Positions 19,454-30,881 are shown, counted from the stretch's first letter. The stretch is DNA of 64,000 bases from an uncultured Chloroflexia bacterium (GCA_963721765.1 CAVRJP010000005.1:207058-271057); one strand, 5' to 3'. Program-made: numbers and translations. The notes: generated by a model from the sequence alone, not told the origin.

Positions 19454-20986
19454 TCACGCGAGGAATGACTTCCGGAACTCGTCGAGGGCCTCGGTGAGGG
19501 CCTTCGCGATGTCGTCGGACAGCGCCTTGGACTCGGCGAGCTCCTTGAGGACGTTCGGGCGCTCGGATTCGAGGAAGCGGTAGAAGCCGATCTCGAACTC
19601 CTTCACCCGAGGCGTCGGCACGTCGTCGAGCTTGCCGGTCGTGGCCGCGTGCAGGATCGCGACCTGCTTCTCGACCGGGAGCGGCTGGTACTGGGGCTGC
19701 TTGATGACCTCCGACAGCTTCTCGCCGCGGGTCAGCTGGTCGCGCGTGGCCTTGTCCAGGTCGGATGCGAACTGGGCGAAGGCGGCCAGCGCCCGGTACT
19801 GCGCGAGATCGAGCTTCAGCGGACCGGCGACCTTCTTCATCGCCTTTGTCTGCGCCGCGGAGCCGACGCGCGACACCGAGATGCCGATGTTCAGCGCGGG
19901 CCGCTGGCCGGCGTTGAACAGGTCCGTCTCGAGGAAGATCTGGCCGTCGGTGATCGAGATGACGTTCGTCGGGATGTAGGCGGACACGTCGCCGGCCTGC
20001 GTCTCGATCATCGGCAGCGCGGTCAGCGAGCCGCCGCCGTTCTCCTCGTTCATCCGGGCTGCCCGTTCGAGCAGCCGGCTGTGCAGGTAGAAGACGTCGC
20101 CCGGGTACGCCTCGCGGCCCGGCGGGCGGCGCAGCAGCAGGGCCATCTCGCGGTACGCCCAGGCATGCTTGGACAGGTCGTCGTAGACGCACAGCGCGTC
20201 CTTGACGGTCTTCCCGTCGATCTCGACGCCCACCTCCATGACCTCCTCGCCGAATGCGGCGCCGGAGTAGGGCGCGAGGTACTGGAGCGGTGCGGGGTCC
20301 TCGGCGCCGGCGACGACGACGATCGTGTGGTCCATCGCGCCGTACTTCTCGAGCGTGGCGACGGTCTGCGCGACGGTCGACAGCTTCTGGCCGATCGCGA
20401 CGTAGATGCAGACCAGGCCCTGGCCCTTCTGGTTGATGATCGTGTCGATCGCGATCGCGGTCTTGCCCGTCTGGCGGTCGCCGATGATGAGCTCGCGCTG
20501 GCCGCGCCCGATCGGGATGAGGGCGTCGATCGCCTTGATACCCGTCTGGACCGGCGTGTCGACGCCCTGGCGGACGATGACGCCCGGCGCGATGCGCTCG
20601 ACCGGCCTCGTCTTGGTCGTCTTGATCGGGCCCTTGTCGTCGAGCGGCTTGCCGAGCGGGTCCACGACGCGACCGAGGAGTGCCTGCCCGACGGGCACCT
20701 CGACGACGCGGCCGGTCGTCTTGACGGTGTCGCCTTCCTTGATCGCCGAGGCGTCGCCGAGCACGACCGCGCCGACGGTCTCCTCCTCGAGGTTGAGGGC
20801 CATGCCCATGACCCCGCCCGGGAACTCGAGCAGCTCCGAGGACAGGGCGCCCTCGAGGCCGTAGATCTGGGCGATGCCGTCGCCGACCTCGACCACGGTG
20901 CCGACGTTGCGCGTCTCGGCATCGGCGTCGAACGTGTCGATGGCGGACTTGATGATGTTGACGATCTCGTCGGATCGGATGGCCAT
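19454..20986 (-). CDS. atpA: F1 ATP synthase alpha subunit
   Basis: Walker [12 protein letters not shown]; 510 aa; standard position in the operon. Confidence 0.97.
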   Translation of the reverse strand: MAIRSDEIVNIIKSAIDTFDADAETRNVGTVVEVGDGIAQIYGLEGALSSELLEFPGGVMGMALNLEEETVGAVVLGDASAIKEGDTVKTTGRVVEVPVGQALLGRVVDPLGKPLDDKGPIKTTKTRPVERIAPGVIVRQGVDTPVQTGIKAIDALIPIGRGQRELIIGDRQTGKTAIAIDTIINQKGQGLVCIYVAIGQKLSTVAQTVATLEKYGAMDHTIVVVAGAEDPAPLQYLAPYSGAAFGEEVMEVGVEIDGKTVKDALCVYDDLSKHAWAYREMALLLRRPPGREAYPGDVFYLHSRLLERAARMNEENGGGSLTALPMIETQAGDVSAYIPTNVISITDGQIFLETDLFNAGQRPALNIGISVSRVGSAAQTKAMKKVAGPLKLDLAQYRALAAFAQFASDLDKATRDQLTRGEKLSEVIKQPQYQPLPVEKQVAILHAATTGKLDDVPTPRVKEFEIGFYRFLESERPNVLKELAESKALSDDIAKALTEALDEFRKSFLA

Positions 20987-21015
20987 CTGTTCTCCTTGGC
21001 TGGCGGGCGCGGGCG

Positions 21016-21564
21016 CTACCTGGCGCCCGCCACGAGGCGCTCGCGAAGCCGCTCGAGGCGGCCCCGGACGCTGGCGTCATAGAGGGTGTCGCCGACCCGG
21101 ACGGTGAGCCCGCCGATCAGCGATTCATCGATCTCGACCCGGAGGTCGACCGTTCGATCGGTCATCTGCGCGACCTTCTTCTCGAGGGCCGCGGTCTCTT
21201 CCCCGGTCAACGGCGCCGCCGAGGTCGCAACCGCCTCGACGACCCCGCGCACCTGGTTGAGCAGTCGTCGGTACTCCGCGGCCACCCCGCCGATCCGGTC
21301 GATCTTGCCGCGCTGGACGAGCAGTCCGATGAGCTTCAGGACCGGCTCGGGGACGCGCTTCGCGAACAGGGCGTCGACGATGTCCGTGCGGGCACGGAGC
21401 GGGCGCGCTGGGTTGCGCAGGACGCCCATGACCGTCGTGTCGGCCAGGATCGTGGCGGCGAGATCGAGGCCAGCGCCGTACTCGTCGAGGGCCTTATCGC
21501 GGGTCGCGAGCTGGAAGGCTGCCTCCGCATATCGACGCGCCGCGGTTGCACCGGTGCCGGCCAT
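21016..21564 (-). CDS. atpH: F1 ATP synthase delta subunit (OSCP)
   Basis: 182 aa; position between atpF and atpA; [10 protein letters not shown]... is an OSCP-like N-terminus. Confidence 0.85.
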   Translation of the reverse strand: MAGTGATAARRYAEAAFQLATRDKALDEYGAGLDLAATILADTTVMGVLRNPARPLRARTDIVDALFAKRVPEPVLKLIGLLVQRGKIDRIGGVAAEYRRLLNQVRGVVEAVATSAAPLTGEETAALEKKVAQMTDRTVDLRVEIDESLIGGLTVRVGDTLYDASVRGRLERLRERLVAGAR

Positions 21565-21629
21565 CAGGCGCGCCGCCGTTCGACGGGCGGTCGGAACGCG
21601 GGAAGCGTCACGAAATTGTCACCGATTCG

Positions 21630-22184
21630 TCACCGGCTCCCGCCGGGCGTCGGATCGGCGAGGAACTCCTCGACGAGCCGTCGGTGGCGTTGATCGGTCA
21701 TCGTCTCGCCCACGACGCGGCCGGCAGCCTGGAGGGCGAGGTCGGCGACCTCACCGCGGAGCTCGGCGAGGGCCCGCTGCTTCTCGGCCACGATCTCCTC
21801 GGACGCGCGGACGCGCATCCGCTCGAGCTCTTCGCGCGTGGCGGCGATGTCCGCGTCGCGCGTCTCCTGGGCCACCTTCTGGGCGCGCGCGAGGATGTCG
21901 TTCGCCTCGCGCCTCGCCTCCGTCAGGGCGGCCAGGCGCTCCTGTTCCGCGCTCTCGCGGTCGCGCTTCGCCTGCTCGGCGTCGCGCAGGCCCTGCTCGA
22001 TTCGCTCCCGGCGAGCCGCCAGCATGGCGCTGACCTGCTTGCCGAACGCGAGGTACAGGATCACCGCGAAGACGATGAAGTTCGCCGACGCGACGGCGAT
22101 CCAGAAGAAGTTGATCGCGAGGCCTTCAGCTGCCTGAGGCACCCCGCCGGCAGCGGCCGGCCCGGCGAGCGCGAACAGATTCAT
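21630..22184 (-). CDS. atpF: Fo ATP synthase subunit b
   Basis: N-terminal TM (INFFWIAVASANFIVFAVILYLAFG) then a long charged coiled coil. Start set at the internal Met (MNLFALAG); the ORF is open to 22292. Confidence 0.85.
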   Translation of the reverse strand: MNLFALAGPAAAGGVPQAAEGLAINFFWIAVASANFIVFAVILYLAFGKQVSAMLAARRERIEQGLRDAEQAKRDRESAEQERLAALTEARREANDILARAQKVAQETRDADIAATREELERMRVRASEEIVAEKQRALAELRGEVADLALQAAGRVVGETMTDQRHRRLVEEFLADPTPGGSR

Positions 22185-22212
22185 CGACGGCAGTCCCTGG
22201 TGGTCGTCCGCC

Positions 22213-22431
22213 TCACGCGGGCTGGATGACGATGGCGAGGATCGCGACGACGATCGCGAGGACGCCCAGGCCCTCTGCGAACGCAGCGCCAAGAATGAAC
22301 TGCGCGCGGATCTGGGGCGTCGCGTCCGGGTTGCGCCCGATCGCCGTCGCCGCGAGGCCGGTCAGGATCCCGATGCCGATGCCGGGGCCGATGACGCCGA
22401 GCGCCGCGAGGCCCGCTCCGATGTATTCCAC
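22213..22431 (-). CDS. atpE: Fo ATP synthase subunit c
   Basis: 72-aa hairpin proteolipid with a conserved carboxylate (ILGAAFAEGLGVLAIVVAILAIV). Confidence 0.92.
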   Translation of the reverse strand: MEYIGAGLAALGVIGPGIGIGILTGLAATAIGRNPDATPQIRAQFILGAAFAEGLGVLAIVVAILAIVIQPA

Positions 22432-22505
22432 GCTTGTCTCCCTCCAATTCGCGCCGCGAGTCCATCCCGCGATCGCCTGATGGTCCGATTGGTCGTTGAC
22501 GCTGG

Positions 22506-23579
22506 TCAGTGGCTCCCCGCGGCCGCGCCGAGCGGCGGCGCGATGCCACCCTCCGGAACCTCCGCGTGCTCAGCCTTGTGCTCGTCCTCGTGGTGGCTCT
22601 CCACCGCGATGATCGTGTACATCAGCATGAGCGTCGAGAAGATGAGCGCCTGCACGAAGTTGAGCAGGCCCTCGAGCAACAGCATGGCTGCCGGGATGAG
22701 CGCGATGGTCAGTGCGGTGATGACGCCGAGCGCCACCTCGCCGCCGAAGATGTTGCCGAAGAGTCGCATCGCCAGCGTGACGGGCTTGATGAACTCGAGC
22801 AGGAACTCGATCAGCCCCACGAACAGGTCGATGACGCCCGCGGCGATGCCCTGCTTGAAGCCGCTGAAGACGAAGAACTTGCCGAGGTAGCCCCGCACGC
22901 CCAGTCGCCGGAAGCCCTGGTAGTGGAAGTAGAAGAACGCGACGAGCGCGAGCCCGATCGTGACGTTGACGTCGCTCGTCGGCGCGCGCAGCGCCTCGAT
23001 CTTGCCGAAGAACGGCAGCAGGCCGCTCCAGTTCGAGAACAGGATGAAGATGAAGAAGGCGGCGAACAGCGGGATGTGGCGCCGCGCATCGGGGCCGCCG
23101 AGGGAGACGGCCCAATTCTCGAGGCTCTCCCAGATGAACTCGACCGCGTTCTGAAGGCGCCCCGGGACCTCCTTCAACCGCAGGCCAGCGACGATGAACA
23201 CCAGCAGGAGCAGGACGGTCACGATCGCCATCGTCAGCATCGTGTTGGTCACGCTCACACTCGACGAGATGAGGGGCAACGTGTGCTCTGCCTCGCACTC
23301 GTGCGTGACGGGCTCGGGACACGGCTCCTCTGCGGGCCACAGGACGTGCGGCGCAGGGAATTCCAGATTCGCGTTGATCAGGTCGCCGATGCCGGAGATT
23401 GGCTTGCCGGGCTCGCCGATCGGAAACGGCGGGACGATGATCGCGGCCGCAATGTCGACAGCGATGACCGCTGCGATCAGCAGGAGGATTCGGTTGCGTC
23501 GGCTGGAGCCGCGCTTGGGCGCGGGCTCGGTCGCGGCTGGCTCGCCGGCCTCCGTGGCCGGTCGCGGGTCAGTCGTCAC
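22506..23579 (-). CDS. atpB: Fo ATP synthase subunit a, with a ~110-aa N-terminal extension
   Basis: C-terminal LAMRLFGNIFGGEVALGVI (conserved Arg of the a/c interface). The N-terminal extension carries an extra TM and a CPEPVTHECEAEH motif. The start is uncertain; an internal Met at ~23237 would give a canonical ~243-aa protein. Confidence 0.85.
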   Translation of the reverse strand: MTTDPRPATEAGEPAATEPAPKRGSSRRNRILLLIAAVIAVDIAAAIIVPPFPIGEPGKPISGIGDLINANLEFPAPHVLWPAEEPCPEPVTHECEAEHTLPLISSSVSVTNTMLTMAIVTVLLLLVFIVAGLRLKEVPGRLQNAVEFIWESLENWAVSLGGPDARRHIPLFAAFFIFILFSNWSGLLPFFGKIEALRAPTSDVNVTIGLALVAFFYFHYQGFRRLGVRGYLGKFFVFSGFKQGIAAGVIDLFVGLIEFLLEFIKPVTLAMRLFGNIFGGEVALGVITALTIALIPAAMLLLEGLLNFVQALIFSTLMLMYTIIAVESHHEDEHKAEHAEVPEGGIAPPLGAAAGSH

Positions 23580-23625
23580 CCTTCCTCCGGATCGTGAGCA
23601 CCGGCGGTCACCGGGCTCGGCTGGG

Positions 23626-23898
23626 TCAGTCCTTGAACGAAGCGAGAAATCGGTTGATCAGCCGTCGGATGGCCAGCGCCCCGGCCGTCATGCCGAGCAG
23701 CAGCCCCACCAGCAGCAGGATCGGGAACTTGAACCCGAGCTGCAGGTCGAGCCAGCGTCCTCCAAGCGCGCCTCCGAGCGTGAGCACGAAGAGGATGAGC
23801 CCGATCTCCGTGAAGAGAGCGAGATACGCCCCTGTCTTCCCGGGCCCGATCACGCGCCACCTCGCAAGGCGACGGGAGTATACCAGCGGGCCCTCCAT
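23626..23898 (-). CDS. atpZ: AtpZ/AtpI-like small membrane protein (putative F0F1-ATPase gene-1 product)
   Basis: 90 aa, two TM helices, encoded immediately upstream of atpB. Confidence 0.55.
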   Translation of the reverse strand: MEGPLVYSRRLARWRVIGPGKTGAYLALFTEIGLILFVLTLGGALGGRWLDLQLGFKFPILLLVGLLLGMTAGALAIRRLINRFLASFKD

Positions 23899-23911
23899 CG
23901 ACCGTGCACGC

Positions 23912-24754
23912 TCAGAGGCCGGGCACCGTCACGTCGACCTCGGCGAAGTCGGTCGTGGTCCCGTCGGTGCCGGTCACGGTGAGGCGCACCGTGTAGACCC
24001 CTGGCAAGTCGTAGGTCCATACGACCGAAGCGGAACCGCTCCCGCCGCTGTCGAGCGTGCCGGCACCGCCCATGCTCCAGGCTTCGCTGTTGTTCTCGAT
24101 GTTCGTCGACGAGCTCATGCACGTGACCGTCATCGAGAGCAAGGGGACGTTGCACTCGAGAACGGCGTTGGGTGGCGGCGGCTCCGGCGTCGGCGTGGGC
24201 GCGGGGGTTGGGGTCGCGGGGTTGAGCGTTGCCGGTGGCCTGGGCGTCCTGGTGGGGGTGGGCGTTGGGCGGGGCGTCGGCCGAGGCGTGGTACCGGGAC
24301 GGAGCGTCGGCTCGGGCGTTGGCCGTGGTGTCGGGCCCGGGGGCGTGGCGTCGATGCCCAGGCTCGGATCGACGATCGGTCCGAGCGTCTCCCCCGGCGC
24401 AGGGCTGCCCAACGGCTCGAACGAGCTCGTGGGGCTGCCGCTCGGGATCGGCGTCGGCGAGCCCTCGACGACCGCGGATTCGCGGGGTCCGAAGAGCTGG
24501 ACCGCGAGCAGCATGGCCACGACGACCACGAGGATGGTCGCCGAGTCGCGCCACAGGACACGGCGGCGTTCCAGCGAGATGTCCCGATGGTCGATGCGCC
24601 TGACGGGCACTCGATCGAGCGCCGCCTCCGCCGGGACGCGGACGCGATTCGGCCGCACGTCCGTCCGCGTGGGGTCGGCGTCCGCGGTGCCGTCGGCGGC
24701 GCCATCCTCGTCCCAACGCAGCCGGCGGGAAACTCGGCCGGGATCGTCGTCCAT
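23912..24754 (-). CDS. Membrane-anchored protein with a Pro/Thr-rich linker and a C-terminal PKD-like beta-sandwich domain
   Basis: TM (ILVVVVAMLLAVQLF), PTPRPTPEPT... linker, and a C-terminal WTYDLPGVYTVRLTVTGTDGTTTDFAEVDVTV PKD signature. Confidence 0.55.
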   Translation of the reverse strand: MDDDPGRVSRRLRWDEDGAADGTADADPTRTDVRPNRVRVPAEAALDRVPVRRIDHRDISLERRRVLWRDSATILVVVVAMLLAVQLFGPRESAVVEGSPTPIPSGSPTSSFEPLGSPAPGETLGPIVDPSLGIDATPPGPTPRPTPEPTLRPGTTPRPTPRPTPTPTRTPRPPATLNPATPTPAPTPTPEPPPPNAVLECNVPLLSMTVTCMSSSTNIENNSEAWSMGGAGTLDSGGSGSASVVWTYDLPGVYTVRLTVTGTDGTTTDFAEVDVTVPGL

Positions 24755-24792
24755 GTTCGCTCGCGGTCGTCAGCGAGCCGAGACGGCGGCCC

Positions 24793-25869
24793 TCACGACG
24801 CGGCACCCGACGGGTCGCGACGCAGGGCGAACGCGACCACGCCGAGGACAACGAGCGCGCCGAGGAACGCGAGGACGCCCGTTCCGGTCGAGACGAACAG
24901 CGACATCAGCCCGAGCGTCGCGCAGACCAGGTAGATCAGCAACACGGTCGACCGATGGGAGAGCCCGAGGTCGAGCAGGCGATGGTGGATGTGGCCGCGA
25001 TCGGGGGTGAACGGCGATCGGCCCGAGGACAGGCGGCGAACGATGACCCAGAACGTATCGATGATCGGAACGGCGAGCACGAGGAGCGCAACGATGATCT
25101 TGGCCGAGCCAAGGATCGCCAGGACCGCGAGCACGTAGCCCAGGAACATCACGCCCGCGGTGCCCTGGAAGATCACGGCCGGGTGGAAGTTCCAGCGCAG
25201 GAATCCGAGGAGGCCACCGGCCAGCACGAAGCACAGGATCGCGACGAGCGGCTGGTTGACCTGGGGCGTGAGGCTGAGCAGTCCGAGAGTCACCGCCGCG
25301 ATCAGGGCGATCCCGCTCGAGAGGCCGTCAAGCCCATCGATGAAGTTGAGGCTGTTCACCATCCCGACGATCCAGACCGTCGTGAACGCGATTCCCAACG
25401 GCGCTGCGAACGGGATGTTGCCCGGCCCGAAAGGGTTGCTGACGTACGGGACGGTGATGCCGGCGATGACGGCCACGCCCGCGAGCAGGAGCTGGCCGAG
25501 CAGCTGCCACCGGGCGCGCAGGTCGTACCGGTCGTCGAGGAAGCCGAAGACCGCCGCCAGGATCCCGCCGGCGAACAGTCCGAGAAGGTGCGCCGGCTGG
25601 ATCGCGCGCAGCCCCGGCATTCCCGGAAGCGCGTTCCCGAGCGCCACGATCCCGCCGCCCACGACGAGGAACGAGATCACGACGGCGACGCCCCCACCGC
25701 GCGGAAGCGGCTGGTCGTGGACGCGTCGCGCGTCCGGGTGGTCGAGGATCCGCCGGCTCCGAACGAAGCGGTCGATGGATGGGGTCGCCAGCAGGGCGAT
25801 GAGTGCCGCGACGACGAAGCCGCCGATGATCAGGGGCAGCGCCGCCCCCGCGGCGGGAACGAACGTCAC
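24793..25869 (-). CDS. wecA: Undecaprenyl-phosphate GlcNAc-1-phosphate transferase (WecA/Rfe; MraY/WecA GT4 family)
   Basis: Polytopic membrane protein with ...[12 protein letters not shown]..., a DDxxD-like motif (LDDRYD) and ...HIHHRLL. rfe position between tsaC/glyA and the atp operon, as in actinobacteria. Confidence 0.85.
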   Translation of the reverse strand: MTFVPAAGAALPLIIGGFVVAALIALLATPSIDRFVRSRRILDHPDARRVHDQPLPRGGGVAVVISFLVVGGGIVALGNALPGMPGLRAIQPAHLLGLFAGGILAAVFGFLDDRYDLRARWQLLGQLLLAGVAVIAGITVPYVSNPFGPGNIPFAAPLGIAFTTVWIVGMVNSLNFIDGLDGLSSGIALIAAVTLGLLSLTPQVNQPLVAILCFVLAGGLLGFLRWNFHPAVIFQGTAGVMFLGYVLAVLAILGSAKIIVALLVLAVPIIDTFWVIVRRLSSGRSPFTPDRGHIHHRLLDLGLSHRSTVLLIYLVCATLGLMSLFVSTGTGVLAFLGALVVLGVVAFALRRDPSGAAS

Positions 25870-27227
25870 CCCTTGTCGCTCCCGTGCAGCGACGAGGCAG
25901 TCTCCGCAAAGAGCCCGGGCACCGGGAAGCGCGCGACGATGTCGGCGACCTCCTCGCGCAACCGGTCGCGAACCGACGGCTCATCGCGGCGGGCGATCGC
26001 GTCGGTGAAGATCCGGGCGATCGCCGTCATCTCGTCGGGCCCGAAGCCACGCGTCGTCGTGGCCGGAGTCCCGAGGCGGATGCCCGAGGCCGTGTTCGGC
26101 GGCAGCGGGTCGAACGGGATCGCGTTCTTGTTGACCGTGATCCCGACCTCGTCGAGCAGGCTCTCGGCCTCCTTGCCGGTCACGCCGAGCGGGGTCACGT
26201 CGACCAGAAGCAGGTGGTTGTCGGTGCCCCCGGAGACGATCCGCGCCCCGCGCCCGGCCAGGGCATCCGCCAGCACGGCCGCGTTCTCGACCGTCCGTCG
26301 CTGATCCCGCCGGAAGGGCTCGCCGGCGGCGAGGTGGAGGCTCACGGCCTTGCCGGCCACGACGTGCATGAGCGGCCCGCCCTGCACGCCAGGAAAGACG
26401 GACTTGTCGATCTGCGCCGCGAGGGTCGTCTTGACCATCGGGAATGCCGAGCGATCGACGGCCTCCGGCAGGTCCGTGCGGCTGAAGATCAGGCCGCCGC
26501 GGCCGCCGCGGAGCGTCTTGTGCGTGGTCGTCGTGACGATGTCGGCGTGCGGGAATGGGCTCGGATGGACGCCGGCGGCGACCAGGCCGGCGATGTGCGC
26601 CATGTCCACGAACAGGAGGGCGCCGACGCCATGGGCGATCTCGGCCATGCGCGGGAAGTCGAGGATCCTCGGGTAGGCCGACGCGCCCGCAACGACCATC
26701 TTCGGGCGCACCTCGTTCGCCGCGGCAGCAAGGGCGTCGTAGTCGATCCGCTCGGTCGCCTTGTCGACGCCGTACGCGTGCACTTCATAGAGGCGACCCG
26801 AGAAGTTGACGGGAGATCCGTGGGTGAGGTGTCCGCCGTGGGCCAGGTTCATGCCCAGGATCCGGTCGCCGGGCGCCAGGACGCTGAAGTACGCGGCCAT
26901 GTTGGCCTGGGCGCCCGAATGCGGCTGGACGTTGACGTGCTCGGCGCCCGGGAAGAGGGCGAGCGCCCGCTGCTGGGCGAGCCGTTCGGCCATGTCGACG
27001 TACTCGCAGCCGCCGTAGTAGCGCTTGCCGGGCAGGCCCTCGGCGTACTTGTTCGTCAGCCACGAGCCCTGGGCTTCCATGACCGCCGCGAAGGTGTAGT
27101 TCTCGCTCGCGATGAGCTCGATCTTGTCGCGCTGCCGATCCCGCTCGAGGACCATCGCGCTCCACAGCTCCGGGTCCACGTCGGCGAGCCGAGCCCAGCC
27201 GAGCCCCAACGTCGGCGCCTGCGTCAT
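25866..27227 (-). CDS. glyA: Serine hydroxymethyltransferase
   Basis: 453-aa C-terminal part of the 980-aa composite ORF, starting [10 protein letters not shown]... PLP-lysine motif [15 protein letters not shown]; 4-nt overlap with wecA. Confidence 0.95.
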   Translation of the reverse strand: MTQAPTLGLGWARLADVDPELWSAMVLERDRQRDKIELIASENYTFAAVMEAQGSWLTNKYAEGLPGKRYYGGCEYVDMAERLAQQRALALFPGAEHVNVQPHSGAQANMAAYFSVLAPGDRILGMNLAHGGHLTHGSPVNFSGRLYEVHAYGVDKATERIDYDALAAAANEVRPKMVVAGASAYPRILDFPRMAEIAHGVGALLFVDMAHIAGLVAAGVHPSPFPHADIVTTTTHKTLRGGRGGLIFSRTDLPEAVDRSAFPMVKTTLAAQIDKSVFPGVQGGPLMHVVAGKAVSLHLAAGEPFRRDQRRTVENAAVLADALAGRGARIVSGGTDNHLLLVDVTPLGVTGKEAESLLDEVGITVNKNAIPFDPLPPNTASGIRLGTPATTTRGFGPDEMTAIARIFTDAIARRDEPSVRDRLREEVADIVARFPVPGLFAETASSLHGSDKG

Positions 27228-27231
27228 AGCC

Positions 27232-27892
27232 CTATCTTCCCACGCCCGATCGTCCCGCCGACTCGAGGCAGCGCGTGATCGCCGCATCCGGGATGGCCCC
27301 GTGGCGGAGGATCCGGATGGTCTCGCCGGTCGCGTCGACGACGGTCGAGGCCGGCCCGCCGACCGATGGCCCGCCATCGAGGATGAGGTCGATCGCATCA
27401 CCCAGGAGCGCCTCGATCTCGTCTGCCGTTCGGCACTCGGGCTCGCCCGATCGATTGGCGGATGTCGTCGGCAGTGGCCCGACCGCAGTCGCCAGCGCGC
27501 GCGGCGGCGGGTGGTCCGGCACGCGCAGCCCGACCGTCGCGACGTCGCCCTGCGGCGGACCCCGTGAGCGCGGCGGGGAGCGGCCGATCCCCTCGCCGCC
27601 GGACGACGAGCGTCAGGCCACCCGGCCAGAACTCCCGGGCGAGCGCCATCGCGGGCGCCGAGAGCTCGCCGATGTCCGTCGACTGGTCCGCGTCGGCCAG
27701 GAGCAACGCGATCGCCTTGTCCGGCGGCCTCGACTTGGCCGCGAACAGGCGCTCGATCCCGCCTGGCGTCTCGAGCGCGACCGCAATCCCGTACACCGTG
27801 TCCGTCGGGACCGCGACGATGCCGCCGTCGGCGAGGATCCGGGCCGCTTCGTCGCGCGCTTCCGGGCCATCGACCAGGCGCCGAGTCGGCAT
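27232..27892 (-). pseudogene. tsaC: L-threonylcarbamoyladenylate synthase TsaC/YrdC, interrupted by an apparent +1 indel in a C-run at ~27560-27563
   Basis: YrdC motifs are split across two frames. Frame A: [13 protein letters not shown]...[24 protein letters not shown]. Frame B: [14 protein letters not shown]...[10 protein letters not shown]...IDLILDGG. Removing one nucleotide from the GGGG run restores ...[14 protein letters not shown]... Confidence 0.7.
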
Positions 27893-28808
27893 CAGGCCGG
27901 CGGGCCCGTCCGGCGCGCGGCGGAGCACGGCCACGCGCGGCAGCCCGCCAAGGTCCTTCTCGAGCTCGCACGACCAGCCGGCGAGGCGTTCGGCCGCGAG
28001 GTCCAGCATCGCCTGGCCCTGGTCCCCACCGATCTCGATCAGCGCGACGCCGTCGGGGGCGAGCGCTGCCGGGAGCTGGTCGAGCAGCCGGGCGATGATC
28101 CGGAGCCCGTCGGGACCGCCGTCGAGCGCGATCGCCGGCTCGAACGACGCCGCCCTCGGCAGCCCCGGGATGGCGTCCTTCTTCACGTACGGCAGGTTCG
28201 CCGCGATCACGTCCCACTGTCCCGTGTCGTCGCCCGGGATCAGGTCCGCCGTGGCGAAGTCGATGCGATCGCCCACCGCGTGGGCGACGGCGTTCTCCTT
28301 CGCGAGCTGGAGCGCGTCGTCCGAGATGTCGCTCGCCCGGATCTCGACCTCGTCCAGCATTCGCCGGCGGCGCAGCAGAACGGCAATCGTTACCGCGACC
28401 GCGCCACTCCCGACCCCGACGTCGAGGAACCGGATCGGGGGCGCGCCCGTGGCGCGCGGCGCGCTGACGAGGCGGCGCACGACCTCGAGCTCCGCGAGCT
28501 CGACGAGCCTCTCGGTCTCGGGCCGGGGAATCAGGGCGCGGGCATCGACCGCCGAACGCGAGCCCGTGGAACTCCTTGACGCCGCGGATGTACGCGACTG
28601 GCTCGCCACCTGCGCGCCGGTCGAGGGCCGCCTCGAAGCGGGCGGCCGAACCGTCGCCGACGGGCGCATCCGTGTGCGCCAGGATCGCCGTTCGATCGGT
28701 ATCGAGCGAATAGGCGAGGAGCAGCTCCGCGTCGAGCCGCGCGCTCTCCGAGCCCGCCTCGCGCAAGCGCGCGATGCCGACGTCGAGGAGCTCGCGCACG
28801 GACGCCAC
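27893..28808 (-). pseudogene. prmC: Release-factor glutamine N5-methyltransferase PrmC/HemK, interrupted by a +1 indel at ~28549-28556 and read through into tsaC as sequenced
   Basis: The N-terminus (...[16 protein letters not shown]) is in the 980-aa frame; the rest ([14 protein letters not shown]...FLDVGVGSG...NLPYV...) is in the 423-aa frame. The junction ttcGGCGGtcgat carries one extra G. There is no stop before the tsaC ATG as sequenced; a TGA sits at +1 overlapping that ATG (cTGATGc). Confidence 0.7.
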
Positions 28809-28810
28809 GG

Positions 28811-29917
28811 TCAGCTCCCGGCGCCGTCGTCGACGAGTGCGGCGAGCCGATCGGCCTGGTCGGTCTGGATGAGGGTGTCGATCAGGTCATCGAGGTCGCC
28901 GCCGAGCACGCCGGGCAAGTTCGACAGGCTCATCCCGATCCGATGGTCGGTCACGCGGTCCTGGGGATAGTTGTAGGTGCGGATCTTGTCCGCTCGATCG
29001 CCCCCACCGACCATCAGCCGCCGGGTCGCGGAGTCCGCCTCTCGCTGGCGCTGTCGCTCGGCCTCCTGGAGGCGCGACCGGAGCACCGCCATCGCCTTGG
29101 CCTTGTTCTTGTGCTGGCTCTTCTCGTCCTGGATCTCGACGACCGTACCGGTCGGCAGGTGCGTGATGCGAACGGCCGAGTCCGTGGTGTTGACCGACTG
29201 GCCGCCGGGGCCGGACGACCGCTTGACGTCGATCCGGAGGTCCCGTTCCTCGTCGATCTCGATGTCGGTCTCCTCGACCTCGGGCATGACGACGACGGTC
29301 GCCGTCGAGGTGTGGATGCGGCCGGACGACTCGGTCGTGGGCACGCGCTGCACGCGATGCGTTCCGCTCTCGAACTTGAGCCGCGAGTAGGCCCCGTCGC
29401 CGGCGATCTCGACGATCGCCTCCTTGACGCCGCCGATCCCGGTCTCGTTGAGGCTCATCACCTCGGTCCTGTAGCGGTGCCGGCCGCCGTAGCGCAGGTA
29501 CATCTGGAGGAGCTCGTTGGCGAACAGCGCCGCCTCCTCACCGCCGGCGCCGGCGCGGATCTCGAGGATGACGTTGCCGTCGTCGGCCGGGTCGCGCGGG
29601 AGCAGGAGCACCTTCAGCTCATCGAGGAGGTTCACCTCGTCGGCCTCCAGGCGCTCGATCTCCTCGTGGGCCATCCGCTTGAGCTCGTCGTCCGACTCGC
29701 TCGCGCGCAGCTCGTGCGCGCCCGCCAGCTCCGTGCGCGTGTCGGTGAGCCGTCGGTAGGCCTCCACGACCGGTTGGAGCCGTGCAGCCTCCTGGCCGAG
29801 CCGTTTGAGCGCGTCGATGTCGCGCAGCGTCTCGGGTCGGGCGAGCTCGGCGTTCACCTGGTCGTACTGGCGCACGACCTCGTCGAGCTTGGCGTCGAGG
29901 CTTTCCGGGGTGCTCAT
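28811..29917 (-). CDS. prfA: Peptide chain release factor 1
   Basis: GGQ motif ([24 protein letters not shown]) and the RF1 PxT-region context; 368 aa. Confidence 0.95.
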   Translation of the reverse strand: MSTPESLDAKLDEVVRQYDQVNAELARPETLRDIDALKRLGQEAARLQPVVEAYRRLTDTRTELAGAHELRASESDDELKRMAHEEIERLEADEVNLLDELKVLLLPRDPADDGNVILEIRAGAGGEEAALFANELLQMYLRYGGRHRYRTEVMSLNETGIGGVKEAIVEIAGDGAYSRLKFESGTHRVQRVPTTESSGRIHTSTATVVVMPEVEETDIEIDEERDLRIDVKRSSGPGGQSVNTTDSAVRITHLPTGTVVEIQDEKSQHKNKAKAMAVLRSRLQEAERQRQREADSATRRLMVGGGDRADKIRTYNYPQDRVTDHRIGMSLSNLPGVLGGDLDDLIDTLIQTDQADRLAALVDDGAGS

Positions 29918-29942
29918 GGAGCGGGCGGAGGGTGGTGGCGCC

Positions 29943-30881
29943 TCACGCGGGCGCGGGCGCCCGCTCCAGATCGAGCCGTTCGCGCTCCGGCAGCTCCGAT
30001 CCGGCGGGCACGATCTCGCCGTCGGCCTCGAGGGCCTGCTGCATCGACACGATCGCGACCTCGATCTGATCGTCCGAGGGCTGCTTCGTCGTGATCATCT
30101 GGACGAGGATCCCCGGCGCCATGATCGCCTTCACGATCGGGTTGGCCCGGTGCCGTGCGCCGAATCGCAGGATCTCGTAGCCGATTGCGGCGATCACCGG
30201 CACGAGGAGCAGCCTGCTGGCGACCATCCACTCGATCGCCTGGCGGCCGACGAGGCTGAACGCGAAGATCGACAGGATGATCACGACGACGAGGAACTCC
30301 GTGCCGCAGCGGGGGTGGGCTGTCGGGTACTTGCGCACGGCGTCGGTCGTGAGCGGGTCGCCCGCCTCGAGCGCGTGGATCGTCATGTGCTCGGCGCCGT
30401 GGTACTCGAACACGCGCCGGATGTCGGGCATCCGCGCGATCAGCGCGAGGTAGCCGAGGAAGATCGCGACGCGGACCAGGCCCTCGACCATGTGCTGCAC
30501 CCAGTCCTGCTGGACGCTGCCGGCGGTCACCGATGCGATGAACAGGGGCAGCAGGAAGAAGACCCCGATTCCGATCCCGAGCGTCAGCGTGAGCATCAGC
30601 GCGACGGCGCCCTTGCCCAGCTCGATGCCCTCGGCGCTCGCCTGGATGTTCGCGCTCCGGATGAGCCAGCGCGTGCCCACCACGAGGGTCTCGTACAGGA
30701 CGATCAGGCCGCGCACGAATGGGGCGCGCGCGAGCCGCCAGCCATGCGGGCCCTTGCGCAGTGATTCGCTCGCCCAGACGATGTGGCCGTCGGGATGGCG
30801 GAACGCCACCGCGATCGCGTCGCGGCCGCGCATCAGGACGCCCTCGATGAGCGCCTGCCCGCCGTAGTTGAATTTCGGCAT
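29943..30881 (-). CDS. DUF1385 domain membrane-associated protein
   Basis: [16 protein letters not shown]...EYHGAEH...; DUF1385 is commonly encoded between rpmE and prfA. Confidence 0.7.
   Translation of the reverse strand: MPKFNYGGQALIEGVLMRGRDAIAVAFRHPDGHIVWASESLRKGPHGWRLARAPFVRGLIVLYETLVVGTRWLIRSANIQASAEGIELGKGAVALMLTLTLGIGIGVFFLLPLFIASVTAGSVQQDWVQHMVEGLVRVAIFLGYLALIARMPDIRRVFEYHGAEHMTIHALEAGDPLTTDAVRKYPTAHPRCGTEFLVVVIILSIFAFSLVGRQAIEWMVASRLLLVPVIAAIGYEILRFGARHRANPIVKAIMAPGILVQMITTKQPSDDQIEVAIVSMQQALEADGEIVPAGSELPERERLDLERAPAPA

Noticed and set aside
22213-22431. Checked whether atpE or atpF were duplicated or frameshifted like the prmC region.
   Set aside because: Both are intact with canonical motifs. 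Only the atpF start was trimmed to the internal Met.
27893-28669. In-frame PrmC-TsaC fusion protein.
   Set aside because: A TGA overlapping the tsaC ATG in the +1 frame (cTGATGc), plus two other indels in the same 1.6 kb, make a further homopolymer error the simpler explanation. Flagged for read-level verification.
25866-28808. 980-aa minus-strand ORF apparently encoding one giant protein.
   Set aside because: Only its first ~85 aa (PrmC N-terminus) and last 453 aa (GlyA) make sense. The middle is out-of-frame read-through over prmC/tsaC, made possible by the indels.
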